Positions 14,680 through 25,760 of a DNA stretch of 64,000 nucleotides are shown piece after piece. The notes beneath the pieces are model-generated. The model was given only the letters and a program-made list of their open reading frames with translations, ran no database searches and was not told the origin of the DNA. The stretch spans positions 82,274,001-82,338,000 of the forward strand of contig NC_043000.1 in assembly GCF_006345805.1 (NCBI RefSeq), read 5' to 3'. Position numbers and translations under genes: made by a program. Positions within the stretch are counted from its first letter, which is position 1. The number at the start of each line of letters is the position of its first letter. The DNA comes from Octopus sinensis. Its lineage: Eukaryota.

Positions 14680-15180
14680 TACCTTTAATCTACATGTTTG
14701 TTACAATCACTTGCCGAGACACACCCAGCGTCCTAGGGCGAGAGAAGGATAAGAGATGTTACAGCATGAGTGAAAGCTTGGGGAGGCGAAGTAGCAGGGG
14801 CAGTAGCGAAATATCTTCATGTAATACAAAGCAGACGTTTAAATTGATATGGTTTTTCTAAGGACGTGGGCAGTACTTGTCTTATGGACTTCTCTGAGAC
14901 ATGGTTCTCCTGGGATATTATCTAGATGTTTCTGATATCCCTTTCTTATCATACCTAGGGCACCCACAATAACAGGAATAGTCCTCGCTTGAAGAAGCCG
15001 CATCTTTTGAATTTCAATTTCAGGTTTCTGGATTATTTTCCATTTTTTTTACTTAATTTTTGAGAGCGGTCGGGTTCATTTTTCGTATTTTCATTTGTGA
15101 GAGCAGTCGAGTTTATTTCAGATATTCTCATTTAAAAAATCCTATCTGGCTAATCGTTGAGAGGACGTTGGTGTTCTCTG
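14680..15180 (-). mobile_element. R4/Dong-type LINE 3' end
   Basis: Minus strand IPVIVGALGMIRKG..STAHVLRKT followed by a 3' UTR; (ATT)n-type tracts on both sides. Confidence 0.8.
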
Positions 15181-15187
15181 AGTGCTC

Positions 15188-15219
<32 letters not shown>

Positions 15220-15241
15220 GCTGTTGTTGTTGTTGTTGTTG

Positions 15242-15305
<64 letters not shown>

Positions 15306-15404
15306 CATTTCTTTTTCTCACAGATTTTGTTGGAACTTCTGGAATCTTGTATGCATTGCGGGCTTGCCATATGCAGCCTACGATACCATGCTACCCATTC
15401 TTTT

Positions 15405-15885
15405 CAGTAACCTAAGGTTTTCCTGATTGTTCTGGCCGTGCCAAGGTAGCAAGCCTTCTGTAACAGTTCTGCTAGGCGCTCTATTCCAGTTTCCTTAATA
15501 TTCCGCTTTATGCCTTCTGATACTGACTCCAGGGATCCAACAATAATTGTCAATATCTTTACCTTCCCCATTTTCTATAGCCGGGCTATTTCGCATTTAA
15601 GAGGGTTGTATTATCTATTTTCGCCTTCCTCCTTGGCTATTCGTGGGTCAAAGGGGCACACAACATCAGCTATATAGCACATGTGGTGCATCTTGTCCAC
15701 CACCACTAGGTCCGGTCTGTTATGCTCTAGCACCTGATCTGTTTTGATTGGGAAATCCCAGAGGATTTTTCTAGTCTCCGACTCTACCACTCCCTGCGGT
15801 TTGTATTCATACCGCGTCTTGCCTCTCTTTAGCCCCCACTTTTCGCAGTTTCTAATGTAGCACTTTCTCTAACTGATCGTATTAT
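15405..15885 (-). mobile_element. R4/Dong-type LINE, RLE domain 3' end
   Basis: KILWDFPIKTDQVLEHNRPDLVVVDK..LQKACYLGTARTIRK; flanked by (ATT)n tracts. Confidence 0.88.
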
Positions 15886-15899
15886 TATTATTATTATTA

Positions 15900-15957
<58 letters not shown>

Positions 15958-16499
15958 GTTATCATTATTATTATTATTATTATTATTTGAATCTTGATGT
16001 AGGAACGTACATGACACGAATTGATATTATTCTCTGTCTTGATAATATGTAGTGTTGTCATGGCGAAGCTATGACATACGTGTCACAATGACACTGTGGT
16101 TGTTCAGGTGATAAGACGTAGACGCTGAAAAAATCTTCTTGAATAGATTGTTATAAAAAGCATCTACTTAAATTAAAATACATGTATTAAAGAAACTAAA
16201 CTTTCTACCCGCCTAAAATATTCACAATCACCGATATTCTGAAATAAGGCATTACACAACCTGATGCTATTATGTCTATGCCGTGATAACAATTAGATAG
16301 GCTGTACCTAATGTACTATCAGGGATAATCTGATCACTATTTATTGGCAAATAGAAATGTCAGATTTATAGAGCAGAATCTTGGCCTTGTTTTAGTTAGT
16401 GAAGTATTTAGTTAATCAAATCGATCTCAATATTTATTTGAAATTTTATTCTTATTTTGTCGTTCCCTTTATGTCGAATGTTTGTGGACGGAAATGCAG

Positions 16500-16524
16500 A
16501 TGAGCTAGCCCCAAATTTCAAAAG
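16500..16524 (+). other. Candidate 25-nt micro-exon
   Basis: First AG after the pyrimidine run at 16444-16470 (aatgcag|) and donor AAAG|gtgaga. Reads xELAPNFK in phase 1. Confidence 0.3.
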
Positions 16525-16572
16525 GTGAGAGACAAACACGCACACATGCACGCTCACGCACACACACACACA

Positions 16573-16621
<49 letters not shown>

Positions 16622-16971
16622 TTTTTATTAGAACTGAAGCTTAGAGTTTGTCTAGCAACTCGACACAAGCTCTCACCATGTTTTAATAGAAAACCAAAGC
16701 TTGTACAACACATATTGAGCGCTCTTTTCTCATTCGCTTGACATTGTGCTACATACGTACACACACACACAAAAACTTATATATATACAAGATAGGATTC
16801 CGCACAGTTTTTATTTTCCAAATTCATTACAAGGCGTTAGAAGATCCTAGTTATAGTAGATGGCACTTTCCCAAATTATTGTGCAGTGACTGTTTCTTAA
16901 TCAGAAACCCATGCCCTGAATATCTTTGTGAAATTGTTATATTTTATGTTAAACTATATTTCATTTGCAGT

Positions 16972-17495
16972 TAGCGGAGTTGCTAGCTGTGGCTGTGGCA
17001 ATGACCGGATGACGGTAGTCATATTGTGTTGATTTAATTTAGTAATAATATTCATAACTAAACCGCATCGTACAGTGTGCTACTTTCCAAGCTATGGATC
17101 GCCTCAATGCGTTAAATTAAACAAGTGAATTATACACGTGTGTCACCATAACTTATTAATTTATGTGTGGCGACACGACACATTAAACTATACAGTTGTT
17201 TTGATACGACGCATTAAATAATACAGGTATGTTATTAGTATTCTATGCTTGGGCCGTCGCGGCACACTGTATTATCAGCGGTATCGTGAAATGTTTTGAG
17301 GTCATATTATTTCAGCTCAGTGGCAATATTATTTAAATATTTTTCAGAATGAAATATTAATTAGCTACTTTGACTGTGGCACATACTTGCTCTTACAGGC
17401 GAACTCGAATATATTTCATTTAACATGATACACCGAATGTTAATTTGCATAAAAGTAGACTGTGTGTCGCCTCAATTTCAGTACAATAAAATTGT
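16972..17495 (+). other. Candidate terminal exon / 3' UTR
   Basis: Acceptor tatttcatttgcag|, TE-free unique sequence, AATAAA near 17487; contains the long fold-back. Confidence 0.3.
17021..17329. other. Long imperfect fold-back (potential dsRNA)
   Basis: About ten nested complementary blocks, e.g. ACAGTGTGC/GCACACTGT, CCAAGC/GCTTGG, AATGCGT/ACGCATT, GTGTCACCA/TGGCGACAC. Confidence 0.7.
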
Positions 17496-17679
17496 GTCAG
17501 CATCCTTACAACGTTAAAAAGCTTGGGTACAATAGGAGACGTATTTCTTTATCGTATACGGTTTTATAATTTATTGTCATTTTAGAAACTTTCCGCGCGT
17601 GCATGAATAATTGACTTTGAAGTTTATTTTGTTCGTGGTTGCTTGAATTACAAACTGGATTATTTAAGTGCTGTGTATA

Positions 17680-17744
<65 letters not shown>

Positions 17745-17754
<10 letters not shown>

Positions 17755-18122
17755 CGGGAAGCTTTATGAAAATAAACAAAAGACGAAGGCAGGTGGAAAA
17801 CAAACGAACAATTGTATTAGTATGGCGCTCAGGAAATATAAATAAAACAAGTCTTTAACGTTTCGAGCCTACGCTCTTCAACAGAAAGATACACAGAGAG
17901 AGAAAAACACAGAAAGAAGGAGAGAAAAAAAATGCGTGCAGTAGCTAACGAATCAACATGGCGATCTGATTTCGGCCAGAGGTCAAAGATCAAACATGAG
18001 ACGCGAGAGCGAAATAAGGGGAGATAATAGGGTTGATAAAAGGGTTGAGGGACCAGCTAAAAGTGCGTGGGAGGGGTCTGGATGTGTGTATGTATAGGGT
18101 TGGTGTATGTATTAGTATGTAT

Positions 18123-18159
<37 letters not shown>

Positions 18160-18390
18160 AGAGAGTATTAGTGCGTAAGATTGGTCTGGACGTGCGTATG
18201 TATGGGGTTGGTGTATGTATTAGTATGTATTAGTATGTATTAGTACGTATTGGTATGTATAGGTGTGTGTGTGTGTGTGTGAGAGAGTATAAGTGCGTAT
18301 GCGGAGTCTGGACGTGTGTATGTATAGGGTTGGTGTAAGTATTAGTATGTACTAGTATGTATTAGTACGTATTAGTATGTATTAGTTGGT
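17745..18390 (-). mobile_element. Non-coding element, probably PLE pseudo-LTR derived, with hammerhead-like motif and composite tandem repeat
   Basis: Abuts (TA)n. Homologous to 51740-51975 and 39940-40075. Confidence 0.6.
17852..17889 (-). ncRNA. Minimal type I hammerhead-like motif with non-canonical core
   Basis: Minus strand TCTTT-CTGTTGA-A-GAGC(GTAG)GCTC-GAAAC-GTT-AAAGA: stem I TCTTT/AAAGA, stem II GAGC/GCTC, palindromic stem III ACGT. Confidence 0.55.
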
Positions 18391-18424
18391 GTGTGTATTA
18401 GTATGGCACATCATATGTGATGTG

Positions 18425-18584
18425 ATGTGTAAAGTCATGTGGTGTAGTGAGGAGAAGAGGGGGAGGGGAGAAGAGGGGGGAGAGGGGGAGGGGAAGAAGA
18501 GGGGGAGGAGAAGGGGGAAGAGGAGACGATGGGGGAGAAGGAAGGTGAGGAGGGGGATGAAGGAGGAAAGAGGGAGAGGGGGAG

Positions 18585-18672
<88 letters not shown>

Positions 18673-18680
18673 TGTGTGAT
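18425..18680. repeat. Purine-rich (GGA/GAG) tract and (GT)n
   Basis: Direct sequence. Confidence 0.9.
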
Positions 18681-20004
18681 CATTCATATTTGAAACTATG
18701 AAAAACCAGGTGACAGGAAAACAATTGTTAAGAAGGTCACCTTGCAACCTGAACCTGTAAATAACATTAATTCTTTATTATGGCAGTGTACTGGATGGGT
18801 CAATGACTTATAGAATATTTGTGAGTTTTACGGTATATTAATCACCGCATGATTTGCTTCCGTAGTCAATGACCAATGCTATTAGTTGTCTCATGCAGGA
18901 AGACTTGAATTATATAGTGAAGAAAATATCTTCACATAGAATTCGCTATTGACGGTCGTGGTGACATTGAAGTTGTAATAAGGATATGGTGATTGCAAAA
19001 GGCAACCCTAATCAGATTGACCGAAGGGAATAGAGAGTCGGTCCAGGACTCACTCTGATCGGAAAACCTTATCCTACATGTATCCGGTTCCGTATGTAAT
19101 CTACGCGTATTCTACAATAGGGTATATCTACTGCTCTGTTTGTGAATTAAATATGCCCTTTTGTAGTTATTCCCGGTTCTAGATATAGCCTGTTCTACAT
19201 ATATATATATATGTGTACATTCTGTCTATATGCACGCACATAGAGAGAATGAGAGATAAAATGGAGAGAAGTGAGAGGAAGAGAGTAGCGGGGGGAAGAA
19301 ATTAAGTGGTGTCTTTGTTGTCTTTTGGCAGTTGTTATTGGAAATAATTCTTAAATAACAACAACAGCAGCAACAGCAGCAGTGGTAGTAAAATTACTAT
19401 TATAACGAGGTAAACAACCGATAAGACATTATTGTCAGCAGTAATAACAACGATAACGAGAACAACAGCATAAATGACGAAGCAAAAAATTTAAAAAAAC
19501 TAGAATCACGCCCAAATGTCTTTAAAAATAAATTTTATGAAGCGTATGAAAGCGGCTGGTTACGTATGAAACGTCTTAGTCGTGAGATGAAGTGGGCGTT
19601 ACAGAATGACATGTTGCTATTTGTGTGAGGGCATACATAAATTCGGGTGAGGGGAAAAAGAAAGGTGGTAGGGAGAAATGTGGTAAAGCCTATAAACCGT
19701 ATACAAGATATATAACTACCTGGATGATGCATACATTCTGATACAAGAGAGCCTCCGACAAATGCCAGTCAAGGAATCCGTACAGATCCAAGGTTATCCT
19801 GAGCATCAACGGCACGAGCCCTCACCCAATAGTTGTCCTCTAATTTACTGTAGCATACTTAGAGGAGTTCCATTTATTCCGACTATTTTCCGCACAGGAA
19901 CCCACCTTCGATGAATTCACTGGACGGGAGCACTTCTGTTTCCACCCTTACTTTTCTTTCCGACTGGAACTTGACAAATCAATGAGGGATTGAAAGAAGA
20001 GAAT

Positions 20005-20005
20005 A

Positions 20006-20043
<38 letters not shown>

Positions 20044-20055
20044 ATAATAATAATA

Positions 20056-20104
<49 letters not shown>

Positions 20105-20157
20105 TAATAATAATAATAATAATAATAACAATAACAATAATAATAATAATAATAATG

Positions 20158-20199
<42 letters not shown>

Positions 20200-20227
20200 G
20201 TAATAATAGTAATAATAGTAATAATGA

Positions 20228-20261
<34 letters not shown>

Positions 20262-20272
20262 GGTGGTGGTGG

Positions 20273-20315
<43 letters not shown>
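20005..20315. repeat. Compound trinucleotide array (CTA/AAT/GAT/GGT)n
   Basis: Direct sequence; explains the poly-I/L/N/M ORFs. Confidence 0.97.
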
Positions 20316-20316
<1 letters not shown>

Positions 20317-20640
20317 GCAAGATCAAAATGTCTCAAGAAACGAATACGAAAAGCTTTCTCACTATAAAGATCTGCAAATTGAAATCACAATAATGTGGAA
20401 GCTTAGTACTACGATAATACCAGTAGTAATTGGTTCGTTGGGAATGATAGAGAAGGGAAATGAGGTGTATATTAAGCAATTTCCTGGTAGCACCAATCTC
20501 CGTGAACTACATAAGATAACCTTGATGGGTACAGCCCATATACTACGGGAAACACTCTCCATCTGCATAGCAAAACAAAAGTACCTTTGCTACTCTTGGC
20601 CTCCAGAGGATGTCCGGTACTAAGACAGCTGAAATAAAGT
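20315..20640 (+). mobile_element. R4/Dong-type LINE extreme 3' end
   Basis: ORF 20393-20623 MWKLSTTIIPVVIGSLGMI..LMGTAHILRETL. Confidence 0.88.
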
Positions 20641-20694
20641 TATAATGCAAAGAAACCATCAATTATAATAATACTAATAGTAATTATAATGATA

Positions 20695-21250
20695 ATAAAT
20701 GCTCTGATGCAGTACCAGGTATTGGCTCCCATGGCTTCTGATCTTAACTGATTGGAAGTGTTATCATGTAAATTGTTTAGTCTTGGTATAAAAAATGGGC
20801 TACAGCAAATATTCTGCTCAATACCACAGATTTGCTTGTCAGTTGCTTGACCTTAACCAGTTGAGTATGTCCCTTGGTGGCTGATGGTATGTGCATCTCT
20901 GATCACGGGCAGAAGTAGTGGGGAGTATCATAGACAGGTTTAGAGTGGAATTCTTTGGGGTTTAAATAATTCACCTCTAGGAACGGGTGTTTCGTTCATC
21001 ATCCTTAAACAACCCTTATTCAGGGACCTTTTGAGCGGAATCGGCTACTCAACCTGAAGAAAATTCTAACTGCGTGCCACCTGAAAGGCCATGCACTGTT
21101 TACCTTGATATAAGATCACTATGTCGCGCATATGTTGTTATAATTTATAATGCATGTGCCTGGTGTACCCTTCTCAGATGCGTAGTTATGATGGGTATAT
21201 TGGCTATGTACCCCAGTGTCACTTTAATGGCGAGCGCTGCTCTCTCACTG
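20695..21250 (+). mobile_element. ~560-bp non-coding interspersed repeat, copy 1
   Basis: Aligns end to end with the reverse complement of 58205-58765; (AAT)n-type flanks. Confidence 0.85.
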
Positions 21251-21270
21251 AATAATAATAATAATAATAA

Positions 21271-21380
<110 letters not shown>

Positions 21381-21381
21381 G

Positions 21382-22545
21382 AGTAGGATATGAGCAGTTC
21401 CCATGAGCACTATCTTTTGAATTTCTGCCATTTTGGGGTTTCCTGGTATCTGAGTTAGGTAGCAATCAGCCCCTTTCGCTATCATTTCCAGGGCACCTAT
21501 GACAACAGGTATTGTTTTAGTCTTCAGGTTCCACATTTTGCTGATTTCTATTTCAAGATCTTTATATTTGCTCAGTTTTTGGTAGGTCTTGACAGATACA
21601 TTTATATCGATTGGGACAGTCATATCAATGAGGAGGCATGTTCTTTGTCTGAAGTCTTTCAATATGATGTCTGGCCTATTTGCATCTATCTTTCTGTCAG
21701 TTTGAATGGTAAAGTTCCAGAGGAGTGAGATGTGGTCATTTTCAAGCACTGGAGGTGGATTGTGTTCCCACCAGTTTTTTCATGGGGCAAATCCAGGTTT
21801 TTGCAAATTACCCAGTGAATATATTGTGCAGCTCTATCATGCCTGTTAAGGTACTCTGTAGGCGCTAGAAGACTGCATTTGGAGACAACATGATCAATGG
21901 TTTCATTTTGTTGCTGGCATACACGACATGTTGGGCACCTGCCGTTCTTTAATATGTTGGCCTGGTAGTTTCTTGTTGGTAAGCATTGATCTTGAGCTGC
22001 TATGATAAACCCTTCTGTTTCAGATTTTAAGCCAGAGGCCATTAGCCATTGATGGGTCAGGGCTTTGTCAATATCTGCATTATTCGCTCTCTTTGGGTAT
22101 TTGCCACAGAGAGGTTTTTCTTGCCATTTATTATTCAGAATATCTAAGGCCGCAGTTTTGGCACGGGTTTTCATGCGCCTAGCATTTTCTGTGCTTGTTT
22201 CTTGTATGTCTATCTCTAATTCCGAAATTTGTTGTATTTTGAATTCACTTAGATATTCCTTTGCCTGTTTTGTTACTGAGTATGATGCTTTCTTGTTTTC
22301 ATGTTTTGAGACAAGTTTTAACATCCAGTCCTCAGACTTTTTCAGGTAGGTGTCTAGGCCAATTGTAGCAATCTTCATTGTTATTGCCAGTTGCAAAAGA
22401 CCACGGCCTCCCTCTTTTCTAGGCAGATAAAGTCGTTCTGTATCTGCCTTAGGGTGGTGCATTCTATGCATGGTCAACAGTTTTCTTATTTTTCTGTCGA
22501 GCTGACATATTTCAGTAATTGACCAGTTAACGATATTGAAACTTT
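21382..22545 (-). mobile_element. R4/Dong-type LINE 3' third, relatively intact
   Basis: ORFs 21686-22477 (263 aa; HPKADTERLYLPRKEGGRGL, AAQDQCLPTRNY, CRVCQQQNETIDHVVSKC) and 21219-21749 (RPDIILKD..CLLIDMTVP). (AAT)n both sides. Confidence 0.95.
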
Positions 22546-22561
22546 ATTATCATCATCATCA

Positions 22562-22617
<56 letters not shown>

Positions 22618-22624
22618 TTCTTAT

Positions 22625-24235
22625 TATTATTTCATTTATTGGCCATCAGGACCGACATATAGGGGACAATACAGTAGGTGGGAACAGTGGGGGGTTTACG
22701 CAAAACAACGGGTAAGGAAAACAATAACAATACACATTAAACAAGAAAAACATAACAATGTAAATTCCCCAATAGCGGCCGATAACCAGCCAGGGTTGAC
22801 TCAGCTACCCCACCAATCCTGAATTACCCGACGCTTCGTGGGTACACGGAAGGGTACCCCTCTGCTCCTCAAATTTACCAGCCTATATGCGCCTTATTAG
22901 AGAAGATCTACTCACACAGTCCATTTTCGCTACATTCACCCACCTTTCAGCAAATGTACTGGGGGACATCACTTCTCTCTCCACCCTCATCTTCCTTTCC
23001 AAGTGAAATTTGAAAAAGTTGATGAGGGATTGACCGAAGAGAAACGTGTCTGTGTTCATTCCTTTCAACCTGGCCAACCTTACAACCTCATTCGCTACTG
23101 CCACCAAACAGAAGAAAATTGCCTGCCCTTCCTGGCTAAAGGAAGACGGCGGGTCGATCTTCACTAGGACGGATCCGATAGCCGGATTCGTCCTACACGC
23201 GACAACAGCTGTTCGACATAACTCCACAAGTCAGTTATGTACGGACACTGGACGAGTGCGTGCCGATTTCGTCGCTCTATGCGTATCTCGGGCAGGTCCG
23301 TCTGACAGCACTTCTGTGCCTGTAGAGTTTTTCTCGAACCAGCAGTGCCTCCCGGTACACTGCGAAGCGAGGGTTTCTGGAAGTTATTCATCGTCACCAG
23401 CTCGAAATTCCTTCGGAATACACTGGTCAGTTCGACTTCGTCGACGCCCAGAGCCTCTCCGAATGCGTCATCACACTTTCCCACCACTAACTCCCTATAG
23501 AACTCAAGAGTGGATGTTCCACTGATCGATTTGCCCGACTGGTAGAGGACAGCGAGTGCCAGTCAACATTCCAGATGCCAGTCACTCTGTCTTGACGCAG
23601 GACTGCAGCTCAGTCAAGGAGGCGAGTTGGGGAAAGGCCTGAGTGACAAACTAGCGACCACACCTGTTCACCGTTTAGACAGAATATCTGGAGATTTCGC
23701 AGCGTCAGCGCATGTATGCGCATCATTAGCCACGGCATGCCCAGCCCTCCGCATAGAGGGTGTTGGCGGCAGTTGGACCGCCTCACTAATGGAATCTGTC
23801 CCTTCCTCAAGAATTTGAAGAGGAGGCTCTCCAATTTGGCGAGGCGCGAACGAGGGTAAAGCACGACGGTTAGGCGGTAGTAGATGATGGACGCGATGTA
23901 CACATTCGCCACCTTCGCACGACCTTTTATTGACAGCTTTCTCACAGCCCATTTCTGCTCGTCACTTCGTCCCAATTCTTATCCACCTGGAGGTCTCGTC
24001 TGAACCAAACCCGAAGCAACTTCACCATTCCGTCCGTCCAGCGCCCAATGATACTGTTGGACAGCATGGACTTGCCTCTCCAGGAGCTGAGCTGCAAGCC
24101 CACCGACTTTTCTGGCTTAAGTTTTGCTCCCGTCAACTTTTCATATTCCTCCAATGGTGTGCCGATGACCTCGATATCTGAGGTGTCCGACACCATCATG
24201 GTGATGCCGTCCGCATAAGCTGACACAGCCCATAC
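22625..24235 (-). mobile_element. L1/Tx1-type LINE, RT C-terminus to 3' end
   Basis: SAYADGITMMV, RKLSIKGRAKVANVY, GGLGMP, FKFHLERKMRVEREV; AATAAA before the (AAT)n tail. Confidence 0.88.
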
Positions 24236-24263
24236 GCATCTCTGCGTATATATATATATATAT

Positions 24264-24393
24264 AGTGGTTGTATTCTGTCAACTTAACGTGACAGTAAGG
24301 GAATCACACCAGGAAGCGTCGATGATTCCTAGGGCTAAACAGGGGTGGTGTAATTCCCTTACTGTCGCGTTAAGTTGACAGTATACAACCACT
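24264..24393. mobile_element. 130-bp MITE with 48-bp terminal inverted repeats
   Basis: AGTGGTTGTATTCTGTCAACTTAACGTGACAGTAAGGGAATCACACCA matches the reverse complement of the right end at 45 of 48 positions; sits at the edge of a (TA)n run. Confidence 0.85.
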
Positions 24394-24475
24394 CTATCAC
24401 CCCACCACCGTACATATCTCTATGAGATATTTAGAAATTTAATATTTCTGATATATATATATATATATATATATA

Positions 24476-24870
24476 GGCGCAGGAGTGGCTGTGTGGTAAG
24501 TAGCTTGTTTACCAACCACATGGTTCCTGGTTCAGTCCCACTGCGTGGCACCTTGGGCAAGTGTCTTCTACTATAGCCTCGGGCCGACCAAGGCCTTTTG
24601 AGTGGATTTGGTAGATGGAAACTGAAAGAAGCCCGTCGTATATATGTATATATACATATGTGTGTGTGTGTGTGTTTGTGTGTCTGTATTTGTCCCCCTA
24701 GCATTGCTTGACAACCGATGCTGGTGTGTTTACTTAGCGGTTCGGCAAGAGACCGATAGAATAAATACTGGGCTTACAAAAGAATAAGTCCCGGCGTCGA
24801 GTTGCTCGATTAAAGGCGGTGCTCCAACATGGCCGCAGTCAAATGACTGAAACAAGTAAAAAAGAGAAAA
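24476..24870 (+). mobile_element. tRNA-derived SINE with internal (TA/TG)n
   Basis: Head ggcgcaggagtggctgtgtggtaag..ggttcagtcccactgcgtggcacc; tail ggccgcagtcaaatgactgaaacaag. Recurrent in the window. Confidence 0.88.
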
Positions 24871-24919
24871 AAAAGAAAGATATATATATACAAATTGAGA
24901 TAGGGGTTGTAAAAAGATA

Positions 24920-25127
24920 GATGTGTACATACATATATACACACGTACATACATATATACATACATACATACATACGTACGTGCATACATACATACATAT
25001 ATACATACGTACATACGTACATACGTACATACATACATACATACATACGTACGTGCATACATACGTACATACATACATACATACATACATACATACATAC
25101 ATACATACATACATACATACATACATG
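24920..25127. repeat. (TACA)n microsatellite
   Basis: Direct sequence. Confidence 0.97.
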
Positions 25128-25274
25128 CCAGGCTGAATCAAGAATATTTTTTCAGATTCTCAGTGATGAATTTTTGGCAGCACATAACACAGTTGTCCAG
25201 TCGTTACTGAATTGTTTAGTTACTATTTTCATAGATAACATCTGAACATCAATTGTTTATTCTTTATTTTTGCA

Positions 25275-25760
25275 GTCTTGAAAATGAGTGAATTAAAAAA
25301 TGTGCAATTTGATCCCTTTTACACTACCTGTGGAAAAAAAGGGCTGAAAGGGCATCGACAAAAGAAATCAATTATGTGGAAGGTTCGAACAGTCTTGTTG
25401 TTGTTGTGGTTACGGTATTCCGCATAACTATAGCAATAAAATATCGTCACTTTAGTAGTTTGAGAGGGAGGATATTTTGAAGTTGAGGAGGGGCTATTTG
25501 GAATTTTCTGGATTCTCACCACATTACTGTATCCCCTGTTCAAGTGCTGCGCAATCAACCAGAGTCTCACCTAATTGTTGATGGTCGAAATTTCATTAAA
25601 CCACAGACAATGGAAGTGAGGGTATTACACGTATGTGACAATGAAATACTTCAATTTTCCTAGACCCATGTGCACCGAGGGTGTTGCATATGCGGTAGCA
25701 GTTTTGGTTTTCAGGTTCCCTGCTGGATGAGTCCCTTGTTGAGGTGGCGTATCATTCAAA
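25275..25760 (+). mobile_element. Probable mariner N-terminal fragment
   Basis: Spacing and residues resemble the mariner HTH region (MSELK..KEINYVEG); heavily decayed. Confidence 0.4.

Noticed and set aside
20700-20760. Resemblance of the 560-bp element's 5' end to U2 snRNA (TGCAGTACC; ATCAGTT..AT..GA)
   Set aside because: Two short matches in inconsistent orientation; compatible with chance.
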